Part shown: piece after piece, positions 39,265 through 49,597 of the stretch
How positions within the stretch are numbered: position 1 is the first letter of the stretch
Layout of the letters: every line of letters begins with the position of its first letter
Notes under the pieces: model-generated
What the model saw: only the letters and a program-made list of their open reading frames with translations
What the model was told of the DNA's origin: nothing
Database searches by the model: none
Made by a program: the position numbers and the translations under genes
Assembly (NCBI GenBank): GCA_943348755.1
Contig: CALQYS010000001.1
Coordinates: 69,963 to 133,962, forward strand
Direction of reading: 5' to 3'
Length of the DNA: 64,000 bases
Source: Candidatus Nomurabacteria bacterium
GTDB lineage: Bacteria; Patescibacteriota; Minisyncoccia; Phycocordibacterales; UBA9973

Positions 39265-42188
39265 TATTGTGAATTAGAAAATTTATGATAAATGGTATTT
39301 AATTTTTTAACATTTGTTTCAACTATTTTGTTTTTGCCATTCACTATAGTTATTTTCCCACCCTTCTCTACTTTGCCGAGTTTTGTGTAGGAGATTCCTA
39401 CAAGCACTTTTTCAAATTCTTTTGTGTTTTTAGGAGAAACAGAAACAAGAATCCTTCCTTGGCTTTCAGAGAAAAGTTTAGCATCTATTGTTGATGCGCT
39501 TCCAGCCAGATCTTTGAGGTTCACCCCACACCCCACATTTCCTCCGACACAGGCTTTAGCGAGTGCTATGCCCAAGCCTCCAGATGTCACAGAAAGAGAA
39601 GAGGCCACTAATTCTTTTTCGATACATTTTTCTAAAGCAAGATAAACTTTTAGATTTTTCTCTAAATTAACTTTCGGAACATTATTCCCAACTCCACCCA
39701 ACATTTTAAAATATTCACCACCTCCAAGCTCGTCTTTCGTTTCTCCAAGTAGATAAATTACATCACCACCGTTTTTGAATTCAGGCGAAACGGTCTTGTA
39801 CAAGTCAGGCATCACGCTGATAGCCGAGATGAGTAGCGTCGGCGGTATAGATATAGCCACCGGATTACCTTTTTCATCATAACCTTTAAAGTCGTTGAAC
39901 ATGCTGTCCTTGCCGGAAATAAAGGGCGTGCCGTAGCCCACAGCATAGTCGTAGCAGGCTTTGACGGATTCTACGAGCTGGTAAAGCCTTTTTGGATCAT
40001 TTGATGAGCACCAGCAGAAGTTGTCGAGTATGGCTAGGTGCTTGAGTGCACCACCGGCTGCCACGATGTTTCTGACAGCAGTATCGAGCGCGCAGGCTGC
40101 CATGTGATAAGTGCTGATGTCTCCATATGAAGGATAGGTGCTGGATGAAAGGACGACTGCTTTATTTGAGCTCAAAACAGGGCGGAAAACTTGAGCATCA
40201 GTGTTGATGCGTCCAGCACCTGAAAGTGGTTTCAAGACGGATGATGCCTGCACTTCATGGTCGTATTGTTGTGAAATAAAAGAAAATCCACCAATGTTTT
40301 TTTCTCCAAGTAAATTTTCTAAAACTTTTGTTCGAGACATACCCTTTGGCATTTCTGGCTCAGGATTTTTTTGCTCTACTTTGGTCGTAGTCAGATGGTG
40401 TTTCGGCAGTCCATTGTGCAGAAATTCCATTTCCATGTCCATGATTTTTTTACCATGCCATTCAATTATTACTTTTCCAGAATCTGTAAATTCACCTATT
40501 ACTGTTGATTCTACTCCCCTACTTTCCATTAATTTTTGGAACGCAGGCCATTTGTCTTTTGGGACAGATAGAGTCATGCGTTCTTGTGATTCGGATATCC
40601 AAATCTCCCATGGTGTAAGTCCTGGGTATTTCAAAGGTACTTTTTCTAGGAAAACTTTTACTCCGCCACACTCCCTTGCCATCTCTGCCACCGAAGAGGA
40701 AAGTCCTCCTGCCCCATTATCTGTGATGCTATTATATAGACCCATATCACGAGCTTCCTTTACTATTGCATCGCTTAATTTTTTTTGAGTTATCGGGTCA
40801 CCGATTTGCACAGCAGTAGCTGGTGAAGTTGAATCTATTTTAACTGACGAAAAGGTGGCTCCATGAATACCATCTAGCCCCACTTTCCCACCAACCATTA
40901 CCACATAGTCACCATTTTTCGCGCCTTTTTCGTGTGAAAATTTATTTTGTACTTTTTTTGGAATCAAGCCCACAGTACCAGCAAAGACTAAGGGCTTACC
41001 TCTAAATCTGTCGTCGTATTTTATAAATCCAGATAAGGTTGGAATTCCAGAACAATTTCCTCCGACATTGATACCTTTTATTACGCCATCCATAATCCTC
41101 TTCCCGGATAGCATCGGCTGGGTAAGGTTTTTATCTCGGAAAAATTTTCTTTCGTCTTCTGGATATCCAAAACAAAATCCATATGTATTAACTACGGGTT
41201 TAGCGCCTAAGCCAAATCCTATAGCATCACGATTAACTCCTCCTATGCCAGTAACTGCTCCGCCAAATGGATCGAGCGCCGAAGGGCTGTTGTGTGTCTC
41301 CACCTTGTGCGTCACTAGATAATTTTCATCAAAAACTATGCCGCCAGCATTATCAGAAAATACAGAAACACAAAAATCATCTTTTCCTTTTTGTTTGCGT
41401 ATTAAATTTGTAGCACCCTTGATGTATGTTTTATATAGGCCATCTTTAACCTGTAGCCCTTCTGCATCTATCGAGTTAGCAAAAATAGTATGCTTGCAGT
41501 GTTCAGACCACGTCTGCGCCAGAGACTCTAGTTCTATATCTGTCGGGTCCCTTTTTAATGTTTCAAAATATGCTTTGATAGCTTTCATGGAAGCTAGATC
41601 AAGCGCGAGTGGGCCACGGCGTGTGCCTGATTCATCCATTATTCCTTCTCCACCTATTTTTATAAGCTCGTCGTCGGGTGCTGATAGAGGAACGGTAACC
41701 ACGGGGGTTCTTTTATTTAAAATTACCTCCGGAACTTTATTTAGAAAATTTATTTTCCTGTTTTTAACTTCTACGATCGTCGCTTTCTCTATCAGCGGAT
41801 TATACATAGCGTTCGCAATTTCTTTCACCTCTTCCGCTTTGCCAGAAACAAGGAAAATCTTTGAGGTATAAAAGTTAAGAGGTTTGTCTGCTTTTAGTTT
41901 AAATAAATCCGTCGCTATTTCTTTGACCGTATGAGCCACATTGTCAGTCACTCCAGGTAGCAAGCTTATTTCAATGGCAAAATTAAATTTCTCTATTTTC
42001 GGAGATTCATCTATAAAAGACTCCTCTAAAATAGGGTTCGTGAGTGCTCGAGCCAGTGTTTCAAGTTCTTTTTTTGAAAATTCAGAATCGATCAGATAGG
42101 AGTCAATCTGTTTTGCCCCGTTTTTTAGCCCGCCTGCAACGTTGTGCGTAGCACTTCGGGCAGGCATCACATATATGCGCGAAATCAT
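39264..42188 (-). CDS. purL: FGAM synthase synthetase subunit with fused PurS-like N-terminus
   Basis: PGVTDN, QTWSEHCKH, KVETHNSPSALDPFGGA.TG, D.GAGG, SESQERM, QYDHEV, SGKDS, LFSES. Confidence 0.96.
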   Translation of the reverse strand: MISRIYVMPARSATHNVAGGLKNGAKQIDSYLIDSEFSKKELETLARALTNPILEESFIDESPKIEKFNFAIEISLLPGVTDNVAHTVKEIATDLFKLKADKPLNFYTSKIFLVSGKAEEVKEIANAMYNPLIEKATIVEVKNRKINFLNKVPEVILNKRTPVVTVPLSAPDDELIKIGGEGIMDESGTRRGPLALDLASMKAIKAYFETLKRDPTDIELESLAQTWSEHCKHTIFANSIDAEGLQVKDGLYKTYIKGATNLIRKQKGKDDFCVSVFSDNAGGIVFDENYLVTHKVETHNSPSALDPFGGAVTGIGGVNRDAIGFGLGAKPVVNTYGFCFGYPEDERKFFRDKNLTQPMLSGKRIMDGVIKGINVGGNCSGIPTLSGFIKYDDRFRGKPLVFAGTVGLIPKKVQNKFSHEKGAKNGDYVVMVGGKVGLDGIHGATFSSVKIDSTSPATAVQIGDPITQKKLSDAIVKEARDMGLYNSITDNGAGGLSSSVAEMARECGGVKVFLEKVPLKYPGLTPWEIWISESQERMTLSVPKDKWPAFQKLMESRGVESTVIGEFTDSGKVIIEWHGKKIMDMEMEFLHNGLPKHHLTTTKVEQKNPEPEMPKGMSRTKVLENLLGEKNIGGFSFISQQYDHEVQASSVLKPLSGAGRINTDAQVFRPVLSSNKAVVLSSSTYPSYGDISTYHMAACALDTAVRNIVAAGGALKHLAILDNFCWCSSNDPKRLYQLVESVKACYDYAVGYGTPFISGKDSMFNDFKGYDEKGNPVAISIPPTLLISAISVMPDLYKTVSPEFKNGGDVIYLLGETKDELGGGEYFKMLGGVGNNVPKVNLEKNLKVYLALEKCIEKELVASSLSVTSGGLGIALAKACVGGNVGCGVNLKDLAGSASTIDAKLFSESQGRILVSVSPKNTKEFEKVLVGISYTKLGKVEKGGKITIVNGKNKIVETNVKKLNTIYHKFSNSQ
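42129..42164. repeat. 36-bp in-frame palindromic element near the purL start (PARSATHNVAGG)
   Basis: cccgcctgcaacgttgtgcgtagcacttcgggcagg; termini shared with the purH insert. Confidence 0.78.
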
Positions 42189-42200
42189 GTTATAGCTATC

Positions 42201-43424
42201 TTATATGATTTTCATTTCTTTGCCAACTTCACCAAGTATTTTCAGGGCTTTATCAATATGTGTCTTAGTATGAGCGGCGGAAATTTGAAAACGCAGTCGG
42301 GCGGTATTTTCTGGCACAACTGGGAACCAAAGGCCTACCACATAGAGTCCCTTTTCTAGAAGTTTTTTACTCATTTCTTGAGTCTTGCCCGCTTCACCTA
42401 GCATCACTGGTACTATAGGATGCTCGCCTTCTAAAACATTGAAACCGAGTTTTTTCGCGCCATTCCTGAAATATTCGGAGTTTTCTCTTACTGTGGTGAG
42501 GAGCTCTGGATGTTCTTTAAGCAAATCAAGCGCTTTGATCGAAGCGATGACGACAGATGGAGGCACAGAGTTAGAGAAAAGATAGGTTCGAGATTTTTGT
42601 CGAAGAAGCTCGATGATTTGTTTTTTACCTGCGACGTATCCACCCACGGCTCCGCCGAGAGCTTTACCGAAAGTTCCAGAGAGGACGTCTATCTTTCCAT
42701 GCAGGCCGAAGTGTTCTGGCGTGCCCGCACCAGTCTTACCGAGGACACCTATCGAATGAGCGTCGTCCACAAAGAGTAATGCCTCGTATTTTTTTGCTAA
42801 TTTTAAAATTTTTGGCAGATCCGCCAGATATCCTTCCATCGAAAAGACCCCATCAGTCACGATCATTTTGAAACGATAACCCTTGTCCTTGTCTTCCTCA
42901 AGCATTTTTTCAAGCATTGCGAGGTCACCATGAGTATAGATTCTTTTCACTAAATTTTCTTTTTTACAGAGCTTGAAAGCGTCGATAATGCTCGCGTGGT
43001 TGAGCTCATCGCTATATATGGCGTCGATGTGTTCGGTGCTACCCAAGGCTTCATTCACAATGGTTGCGAAAAATCCTAGATTTGACATGAAGTTTGTAGA
43101 ATAAAGTATGCTATCTTCTACTCCCAAGAATTCGGCTAATTTTTTTTCTAGAATTTTATGTATTGTCTCTGTGCCAGAAATGAATCGAACAGAAGAAAGC
43201 CCAAAGCCGTATTCTTTTATTGCTTTTTCAGCTGATTTAGTAATTTCAGGATGATTTGCTAATCCCAGATAGTTATTTGAAGCAAACATCAGCACTTTTT
43301 TCCCAGCAATAGAAACTTCCGGTCCTTGCGCACCCATGAGTTCTCTTTCAACTTTAAATTTACCTGCTTGCTTCAAGTTCTCGAGTTCTTTTTCTACATC
43401 TTGTATGAGTTTTTGGGAATACAT
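42201..43424 (-). CDS. kbl: Glycine C-acetyltransferase (2-amino-3-ketobutyrate CoA ligase)
   Basis: SNNYLGLA, SVRFI.GT, DELNHASIID, DGVFSMEG, DDAH, GTFGKALG, RQ.SR.YLFS; next to tdh. Confidence 0.92.
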   Translation of the reverse strand: MYSQKLIQDVEKELENLKQAGKFKVERELMGAQGPEVSIAGKKVLMFASNNYLGLANHPEITKSAEKAIKEYGFGLSSVRFISGTETIHKILEKKLAEFLGVEDSILYSTNFMSNLGFFATIVNEALGSTEHIDAIYSDELNHASIIDAFKLCKKENLVKRIYTHGDLAMLEKMLEEDKDKGYRFKMIVTDGVFSMEGYLADLPKILKLAKKYEALLFVDDAHSIGVLGKTGAGTPEHFGLHGKIDVLSGTFGKALGGAVGGYVAGKKQIIELLRQKSRTYLFSNSVPPSVVIASIKALDLLKEHPELLTTVRENSEYFRNGAKKLGFNVLEGEHPIVPVMLGEAGKTQEMSKKLLEKGLYVVGLWFPVVPENTARLRFQISAAHTKTHIDKALKILGEVGKEMKII

Positions 43425-43426
43425 AT

Positions 43427-43765
43427 TTATTTATTGAAATCTATTCTAAATTCTTTGCCGTGATCTTTAAATCCAAGCTTTTCATACCACACATGAGCTT
43501 CAAAATTTTTATAACGACTAGTACAAATTAATTTGTAGCAATTTTTTTCTTTGGCCTCAGCTATCGCCGCTTCGACTAATTTTGTGCCTGTGCCCTTTCC
43601 ACGATTCCCTTCTTTTACAAAAACGTTCTCCAGAAAACCGAAAGGCTCTTCATGCAAGTCGTTATACATAATGTACAAATAAGCCGAACCTAGCATGGCG
43701 CCATTTTCTTCGGCTTTAATTTTTATAGCATAGCTTTTATTTTCCTTGCTTAATTTGATGTCCAT
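43427..43765 (-). CDS. GNAT family N-acetyltransferase
   Basis: ENVFV....RGKGTG..LV, CYKLI, WYEKLGF. Confidence 0.88.
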   Translation of the reverse strand: MDIKLSKENKSYAIKIKAEENGAMLGSAYLYIMYNDLHEEPFGFLENVFVKEGNRGKGTGTKLVEAAIAEAKEKNCYKLICTSRYKNFEAHVWYEKLGFKDHGKEFRIDFNK

Positions 43766-43766
43766 G

Positions 43767-44975
43767 TTATCCGTTGATCTTAAATATAATCTTTGGATTT
43801 TCGTTCATTGCTTTTTCGAAGCTCTCTGGTGTGAAATCTTTAAATTCCAATATCGTGCCCTTACCTTTTTTGAGAATGACATTCCAGATTGCGTCGGCTA
43901 TGCCGTTGGTTTTATCATTTAAGATACGTTGAGCTGTCTGCCATGTTTTAAATATCTCGCGTCCGATGATGTTGTGAATGGTGAGTCCACGAGTGACAAG
44001 GCGAGAGAATTTCGGAATAGTTAAATCTCCGTCTTTGATACCGAAGAAGATGACATGTCCGCCTCTTCTGGTACTATCTATCGAATTATTTACCGAAGAA
44101 AAGGCTCCAGCCATCTCCATAGATACGTCTACACCTTTGCCATAAGTGAGTTTCATGATTTGATCAACGACAGATTGATCTGCTTCCCAACCATGCTCTT
44201 TTTTGGTTTTCGGGATCAAAATAGTCTCGTGGGCTCCAAGCTCTTTTGCCATCTTTAGATTTTCTGGCAGGACGTCTACGGCGATTATTTTCGCCGCTCC
44301 GAAATTCCGCGCGAGCAAAATAGAGAAGAGTCCAATCGGTCCGCAGCCGAATATTGCCACTCGCTGTCCTCGGAAGTCAGTCACGGTGGTGGCATGGACG
44401 GCATTGCCAAAAGGATCATAGATAGCAGCCAGCTCTGGGCGCAGACGTGTCTCATCTACTGCCCACAGATTTTTAGCTGGGATCTTCACATATTCGGCGA
44501 AAATGCCATCAATTGAAATACCGAGGATAGATTCATTTAAGCACACATGTGCTTCACCCACTCTACATTGGTAGCACTTGCCGCACGTCACATGAGAGTC
44601 TCCGGAAACCAGACTGCCCACTTCTATCTTTGCTTTGTTGTTTGGGTCGGGGTCGTAATACAAACTTTTCACCATTGAGCCGGCTTCCACAATTTCACCG
44701 ACGAACTCATGTCCAGTGATGCGCATATCTTTCTTTTCTTTCGCAAGCGAACCATGCACAAGGTCTTTGAAAGCAGCTCTGTGCCAAAGTCCTCTGTCTG
44801 ATCCGCACACTCCCGCATAGCGTATTTTCAAAATTACTGAAGTTGCATCCGCAGGATTTTTCTTTTCATCCAAGACCGGCATCGGAACGTCCCGCATCAC
44901 AAAACCGCGAGTGCCCTCCCAGCCATCCCTTTTCAAATCTATTGTTAAAGCTTTTACAAGTTTTTTCGTAGCCAT
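43767..44975 (-). CDS. tdh: L-threonine 3-dehydrogenase (zinc-dependent MDR)
   Basis: VCGSD, GHEF.G, H..CGKCYQC......C, DPFGNAVH, G.GPIG, I.GR..F.TW; linked to kbl. Confidence 0.87.
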   Translation of the reverse strand: MATKKLVKALTIDLKRDGWEGTRGFVMRDVPMPVLDEKKNPADATSVILKIRYAGVCGSDRGLWHRAAFKDLVHGSLAKEKKDMRITGHEFVGEIVEAGSMVKSLYYDPDPNNKAKIEVGSLVSGDSHVTCGKCYQCRVGEAHVCLNESILGISIDGIFAEYVKIPAKNLWAVDETRLRPELAAIYDPFGNAVHATTVTDFRGQRVAIFGCGPIGLFSILLARNFGAAKIIAVDVLPENLKMAKELGAHETILIPKTKKEHGWEADQSVVDQIMKLTYGKGVDVSMEMAGAFSSVNNSIDSTRRGGHVIFFGIKDGDLTIPKFSRLVTRGLTIHNIIGREIFKTWQTAQRILNDKTNGIADAIWNVILKKGKGTILEFKDFTPESFEKAMNENPKIIFKING

Positions 44976-44991
44976 ATCTTATTATTATATC

Positions 44992-46842
44992 TTACTCTAC
45001 TGTCACACTTTTTGCCAAATTTCTGGGTTTGTCTACGTCGTTGCCTCGCTCTACTGATATATAGTAGGCCAAAAGCTGCATCGGTATGAAAGCGAGGATT
45101 GGGGTAAGCATTTCTAAAGTTTTCGGGATATAAATCACATCATCAGCGATTTCTTTCATCTCAGGGTTACCGCTCGAGACTAGGGCGATGACTTTACCTC
45201 CGCGCGCCTTGATCTCCTCGATATGAGTTTTATTTTTTTCATACATGCTGTCCGCTGGAGCGATGACAAGCGTTGGGAAATTTTTATCAATTAGAGAAAT
45301 GGGACCATGTTTTAATTCGGCGGCGTTGCATCCTTCCGCATGGATATAAGAACACTCTTTCAGCTTGAGCGCGCCTTCCATGGCAGCGCCTGCGCAGTAC
45401 TTACGTCCGAGAAAAAAGAAATTAGGTGATTTTTTGTATTTTTCTGCGATTTTTTGTATAGATTTAGCGTTTTTAAGCACTTCTTCGACTAATTCCGGAA
45501 GTTTCTGGATCTCTTTTAGTATTTCTTCTCCACTTTTCTTGGAAAGTCCGCGCATCCTGCCTAGATAGACAGCAAGCATGACAAGCAGGACTGCTTGCGA
45601 AGTGGATGCTTTGGTCGAAGCCACGGCTGTTTCTGGACCAACGTGATTGTAAATCCCAGCATCGACGATTCGAGCGATGCTGGAACCGATGACATTCACG
45701 ATGCCCAAAGTTAGCATTTTATCTTGCTTTGCTTTTTTGATCGCGTTTAACGTGTCCGCCGTTTCTCCTGACTGGGAAATAGCAATCAGCCCAGTGTGCT
45801 GTGCGTCCGCGCTTTTTCTGTAAGTAAATTCTGAGCCATATTCGACTTTAGTTGGTATTCCAGATAATTCTTCAAAGGCGTATTCACCGATCAGTCCAGT
45901 AAAACGGGCCGTACCCATGCCTGTGATCACTAGATGTTTCAGATTTTGTAATTCCTTAGAAAATTTCTCCAGTCCGCCGAATTTTACATTACCTTTTTCT
46001 AAAATAATTCTGCCACGGATGGTGTTGCGTAAAGATTCTGGCTGCTCAAATATTTCTTTCAGCATAAAATGTGGAAAGCCACCTTTTTCTAGCTCCTCCA
46101 TCTTTGTTTTCAATGTCTGGATATAAGGGCTTTTGGTTTTCTTACTCAATATTGTTTTTATTTTTAAAGTAAGTTTGTCTTTTTTTGTTTCGATAGTAGC
46201 CATTTCGCCGTCTTCTAGATAAACCACTTTTTTGGTATGTTCTACGATCGGGGTAGCGTCAGAGGCGATAAAAAACTCATTTTTCCCCACCCCAATGACC
46301 GCAGGACTGCCCACCTTAGCCACTACCATCGTTCCAGGCTCGTCTTTTGATAACACCAAAATGGCATAAGCTCCTGTCACTTCTGCTAGCGCCAAACGCA
46401 CGGCTTCCTCCACAGAGACTTTCGTATTTTTCTTTATATCTTCGATTAAATTTGCCAAAACTTCTGTGTCAGTATCACTTTTAAATTTATATCCCTTGTT
46501 GATTAATATTTTTTTTATCGCTAGATAATTTTCGATGATGCCGTTGTGCACGATGACAATGTCTCCGCTGTTTGATACATGCGGATGCGCGTTTCTATCT
46601 GACGGGACGCCATGCGTCGCCCAGCGAGTATGAGCGATGCCCACCCCACCTGAGAGTTTATTATTTTTTACAAATTTTGAAAGCTCCGCGACTCTGCCCT
46701 TCTTTTTATAGACAGAAAAAGCTCCACTTTCCATAAGAGCAATACCCGCAGAGTCATAACCGCGATACTCTAGCCTTTCTAATCCTTTAATTAAAATTGG
46801 CCAAGCCTCTCTTTTTCCGATGTATCCGACGATGCCACACAT
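44992..46842 (-). CDS. glmS: Glutamine--fructose-6-phosphate aminotransferase
   Basis: MCGIVG, LEYRGYDSAG, HTRWATHG, SQSGETADT, ELKHGP, DKPRNLAKSVTVE. Confidence 0.98.
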   Translation of the reverse strand: MCGIVGYIGKREAWPILIKGLERLEYRGYDSAGIALMESGAFSVYKKKGRVAELSKFVKNNKLSGGVGIAHTRWATHGVPSDRNAHPHVSNSGDIVIVHNGIIENYLAIKKILINKGYKFKSDTDTEVLANLIEDIKKNTKVSVEEAVRLALAEVTGAYAILVLSKDEPGTMVVAKVGSPAVIGVGKNEFFIASDATPIVEHTKKVVYLEDGEMATIETKKDKLTLKIKTILSKKTKSPYIQTLKTKMEELEKGGFPHFMLKEIFEQPESLRNTIRGRIILEKGNVKFGGLEKFSKELQNLKHLVITGMGTARFTGLIGEYAFEELSGIPTKVEYGSEFTYRKSADAQHTGLIAISQSGETADTLNAIKKAKQDKMLTLGIVNVIGSSIARIVDAGIYNHVGPETAVASTKASTSQAVLLVMLAVYLGRMRGLSKKSGEEILKEIQKLPELVEEVLKNAKSIQKIAEKYKKSPNFFFLGRKYCAGAAMEGALKLKECSYIHAEGCNAAELKHGPISLIDKNFPTLVIAPADSMYEKNKTHIEEIKARGGKVIALVSSGNPEMKEIADDVIYIPKTLEMLTPILAFIPMQLLAYYISVERGNDVDKPRNLAKSVTVE

Positions 46843-46888
46843 GGAGAGAAATATAGCAAAATTTGGTAATTTAGGCTAATATTTACGG

Positions 46889-47878
46889 ATGCAAGACAAG
46901 GTCAAAAATATTGTTACCGTGGGGGGCGGGACAGGCAGTTATACTGTTTTATCTGGGTTGAAGAATCTTCCGGATGTTTCTCTGACTGCGCTTGTCACTA
47001 TGGCTGATGATGGCGGTTCGACTGGGGTACTACGCGATGAGCTCGGAGTCTTGCCAGCTGGCGATGTGAGACAATGCTTAGTCGCTCTTTCGGAGCACAG
47101 CGAAGTTGTCCGTGCGCTCATGAATTACAGGTTTGAAAATGGGGGTTTGGCGGGACACAACTTTGGAAATATTTTTTTAGCAGCACTCGAAAAAGTCACT
47201 GGCGACTTCTCTAAAGGTGTGGAGACAGCTTCAGAAATTTTGAAAGTAAAAGGTACAGTTGTTCCTGTCACAAAAAATAAAGCGCAACTATCTATCTCGC
47301 TTTCTAATGGCAAATTATTTGAGGGCGAAAACAACATTCAAAATGCAAACTTACAAGAAGACAGTATTAAGAATATTTCTTACAAAAATAAGGTTTTATT
47401 AAATGAACATGCTAAAAACGCCCTACTAAAAGCGGATTACATCGTTTTAGGTCCTGGCAATTATTATTGCTCCGTGGTTCCCAATCTTTTAGTGGATGGT
47501 TTTAAAGAAACTGTCGCAGAAAGTAAGGCTAAAATAATTTTTCCAGTCAATCTTACGAATAAGCAAGAGCATACGGGAAAATGGAAAGTAAGTGATTACG
47601 TTCAGGACATCGAAAAATACTTGGGTAAAAAAGTAGACTTTATTTTAGTAAACAATGAAGCTCCCTCGAAACAGCAAGTCGAGCGATATAAACTAGAAGA
47701 AGGAGCGGGTGTGCTCGTGGAAGATGATCTTCAAGACAAACGAGTCGTTCGGGCTTCCCTTCTTTCCCCTATCGTTTTTGATAAATCCAAAGAAGATGTC
47801 ATTCCAAGCACTAAAGGCTTCATCCGCCATGATTCGGAAAAATTAGCGGAGTGTATAGAAAAGATAATGAAGAAATAA
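46889..47878 (+). CDS. YvcK/GlmR (CofD-related, UPF0052) family protein
   Basis: GGGTG, DDGGSTG.LR, GD.R.CL, GH..GN, GPG..Y.S..PNL, RHD. Confidence 0.92.
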   Translation: MQDKVKNIVTVGGGTGSYTVLSGLKNLPDVSLTALVTMADDGGSTGVLRDELGVLPAGDVRQCLVALSEHSEVVRALMNYRFENGGLAGHNFGNIFLAALEKVTGDFSKGVETASEILKVKGTVVPVTKNKAQLSISLSNGKLFEGENNIQNANLQEDSIKNISYKNKVLLNEHAKNALLKADYIVLGPGNYYCSVVPNLLVDGFKETVAESKAKIIFPVNLTNKQEHTGKWKVSDYVQDIEKYLGKKVDFILVNNEAPSKQQVERYKLEEGAGVLVEDDLQDKRVVRASLLSPIVFDKSKEDVIPSTKGFIRHDSEKLAECIEKIMKK

Positions 47879-47882
47879 ATAT

Positions 47883-48449
47883 ATGAAATTTATTTTTGAT
47901 TTTGATGATGTGTTGTTTAATACAAAAAAGTTTAAAGAGAAAATATATTTGTCTGTAGAAAAAGTCGGTATTTCACGCGATGTTGAAGAAACATATTACA
48001 AAGAGTTCAGAAAATACGCCTTTTCTCTAAAAATTTTCCTGACAAATCTTTTTGCTAGAGAGAAGAAAAGGAGTGTGTCAGTGGATGCTATCTATGAAGA
48101 GATAATGTCTGATTGCGAAAGGCTTTTGAATAAAGACTTGCTTGAAATTGTGCAAAAGTTGAGTGCCAGTGACTGCTTTATTTTAACTAGCGGGGATGAA
48201 GAATTCCAAAAGGATAAAATTAGAAGGTCTGGCATCGAGAAACTTTTTTCTGAAATTACCGTCGTGCCGGACAGTAAAAGAGAAGCCATGAATAAAATAT
48301 GCGCTCAATATAAAGACGAAAAAGTAATCTTTATCGACGATAAACAAAAATTTTTGGATGATCTGGATTTAGCTAAATGTCCAAATCTAAAGACGATTCT
48401 TTGTGATGAACAGGGTTTAGAAAAATTGAAGGCAGAAATTATAAAATAG
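47883..48449 (+). CDS. HAD superfamily hydrolase
   Basis: FDFDDVL (motif I), LTSG, FQ..KI, FIDDK (motif IV). Confidence 0.85.
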   Translation: MKFIFDFDDVLFNTKKFKEKIYLSVEKVGISRDVEETYYKEFRKYAFSLKIFLTNLFAREKKRSVSVDAIYEEIMSDCERLLNKDLLEIVQKLSASDCFILTSGDEEFQKDKIRRSGIEKLFSEITVVPDSKREAMNKICAQYKDEKVIFIDDKQKFLDDLDLAKCPNLKTILCDEQGLEKLKAEIIK

Positions 48450-48456
48450 GATATAT

Positions 48457-48900
48457 TTACTTCAACTTCACTGACTCTGATGTTAGTATGATTTTACCCT
48501 CAGGTGTTTTCCAGTCTGTAAATCTCCACCAGTTGGGAGTAAATTTAAAAAAGACGAATTTCGGGTCTATCGACTTTTCTTTTTTCTCCGGAAACTTCCC
48601 AAGGTACACCAAGTTAAAAATTTCTTTTTCCTCCGGCTTTATGAGCTCGACTACCCCGTCCATTTGTAGAGTTTTCATATTACTTTCATCGCAACCTATG
48701 ACAAAAGAAGCCCTAGAAACTTCCCTGCCATATAAAGCTTCGGCTTTTCGGTAATCTCTATATGTCTCAAAATAAAAAACTAAAGGACTCTCGGTATGAG
48801 CAAAATGTACCGTAGCGGCATGCGGAGAACCATCGAGCATCTCTACTGCTAGCACACCCACTCTTTGTTTTTTTATATATTCTAAAGTTTCCTGTTGCAT
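48457..48900 (-). CDS. Pyridoxamine 5'-phosphate oxidase-like (FMN split-barrel) protein
   Basis: VGVLA....DG.PH...V.F, T....RK, T.Q..G, F.P.W.R. Confidence 0.8.
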   Translation of the reverse strand: MQQETLEYIKKQRVGVLAVEMLDGSPHAATVHFAHTESPLVFYFETYRDYRKAEALYGREVSRASFVIGCDESNMKTLQMDGVVELIKPEEKEIFNLVYLGKFPEKKEKSIDPKFVFFKFTPNWWRFTDWKTPEGKIILTSESVKLK

Positions 48901-48902
48901 AA

Positions 48903-49277
48903 TTAGATTTTTTTAAATTCTATAACAACTAAGCCAAGCTCGGTTGCATATTTTTTGTCAAATAGTCGTTGGCAATCCAGAACAGCTTGGTCTTTAGAAA
49001 TTCCGGGCGCTATTTTACTTAGATCTTCTTTTTCTAGCATGGATTCAAAGGTTTTATATTTTCTTGATCCAACCACTCTAGCCCTCAAACTTTTTTTATT
49101 AGCAGCTTTAAACTCTAAGATTTGGCCAGGTTTTATACGTAGAAAACTATCATATGCCAGTCTCAGCTCGCATGTTTTCTGTCCAGATTCTATTTGTGAA
49201 AAGATTTCATCTTTCACAAACATATTACGTGCTTTATTTTGTTCTGACAAGTTTGGTTTTATTCCTTCTGTTCGCAT
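48903..49277 (-). CDS. ASCH domain protein
   Basis: F..I.SG.KT.E.R......I..G..L.F; Y.TF..ML; G...IE. Confidence 0.85.
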   Translation of the reverse strand: MRTEGIKPNLSEQNKARNMFVKDEIFSQIESGQKTCELRLAYDSFLRIKPGQILEFKAANKKSLRARVVGSRKYKTFESMLEKEDLSKIAPGISKDQAVLDCQRLFDKKYATELGLVVIEFKKI

Positions 49278-49279
49278 AA

Positions 49280-49576
49280 TTATTTATTAGAGAAGAAAAG
49301 TATAAGTACAAACGCTATTACAAAACAGGTAAAGAAACCCACTGTTTGAGTAAATAGTTTCAGGGCTTCTTTCTGGCGCTTCTCTATTAAGAGCTGTACA
49401 GGCTCATAGAAAAACAAGAAAGCCATCACGGCTACTGACAAGACTAAAAGACCTAACATTACTATCGGAATAATTATATGATTTTCAGGTAAAAATGAGC
49501 TAAAAGTATTTATAGATAAAACGATAAACACTATATATACGGCGGCGACTAATGCTAATAAAAATGGTTTTTTCAT
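49280..49576 (-). CDS. Three-TM membrane protein
   Basis: Hydrophobic ORF with L.VLSVA.M..LFF..P pattern. Confidence 0.72.
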   Translation of the reverse strand: MKKPFLLALVAAVYIVFIVLSINTFSSFLPENHIIIPIVMLGLLVLSVAVMAFLFFYEPVQLLIEKRQKEALKLFTQTVGFFTCFVIAFVLILFFSNK

Positions 49577-49597
49577 GGTTTTATTATGGCAAATAAC

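Noticed and set aside
40201-41871. Long antisense ORFs opposite purL (and similar ones opposite other genes)
   Set aside because: Shadow frames of well-supported genes with no protein motifs
46843-46888. glmS ribozyme
   Set aside because: The spacer is only 46 bp and is occupied by divergent promoter-like boxes
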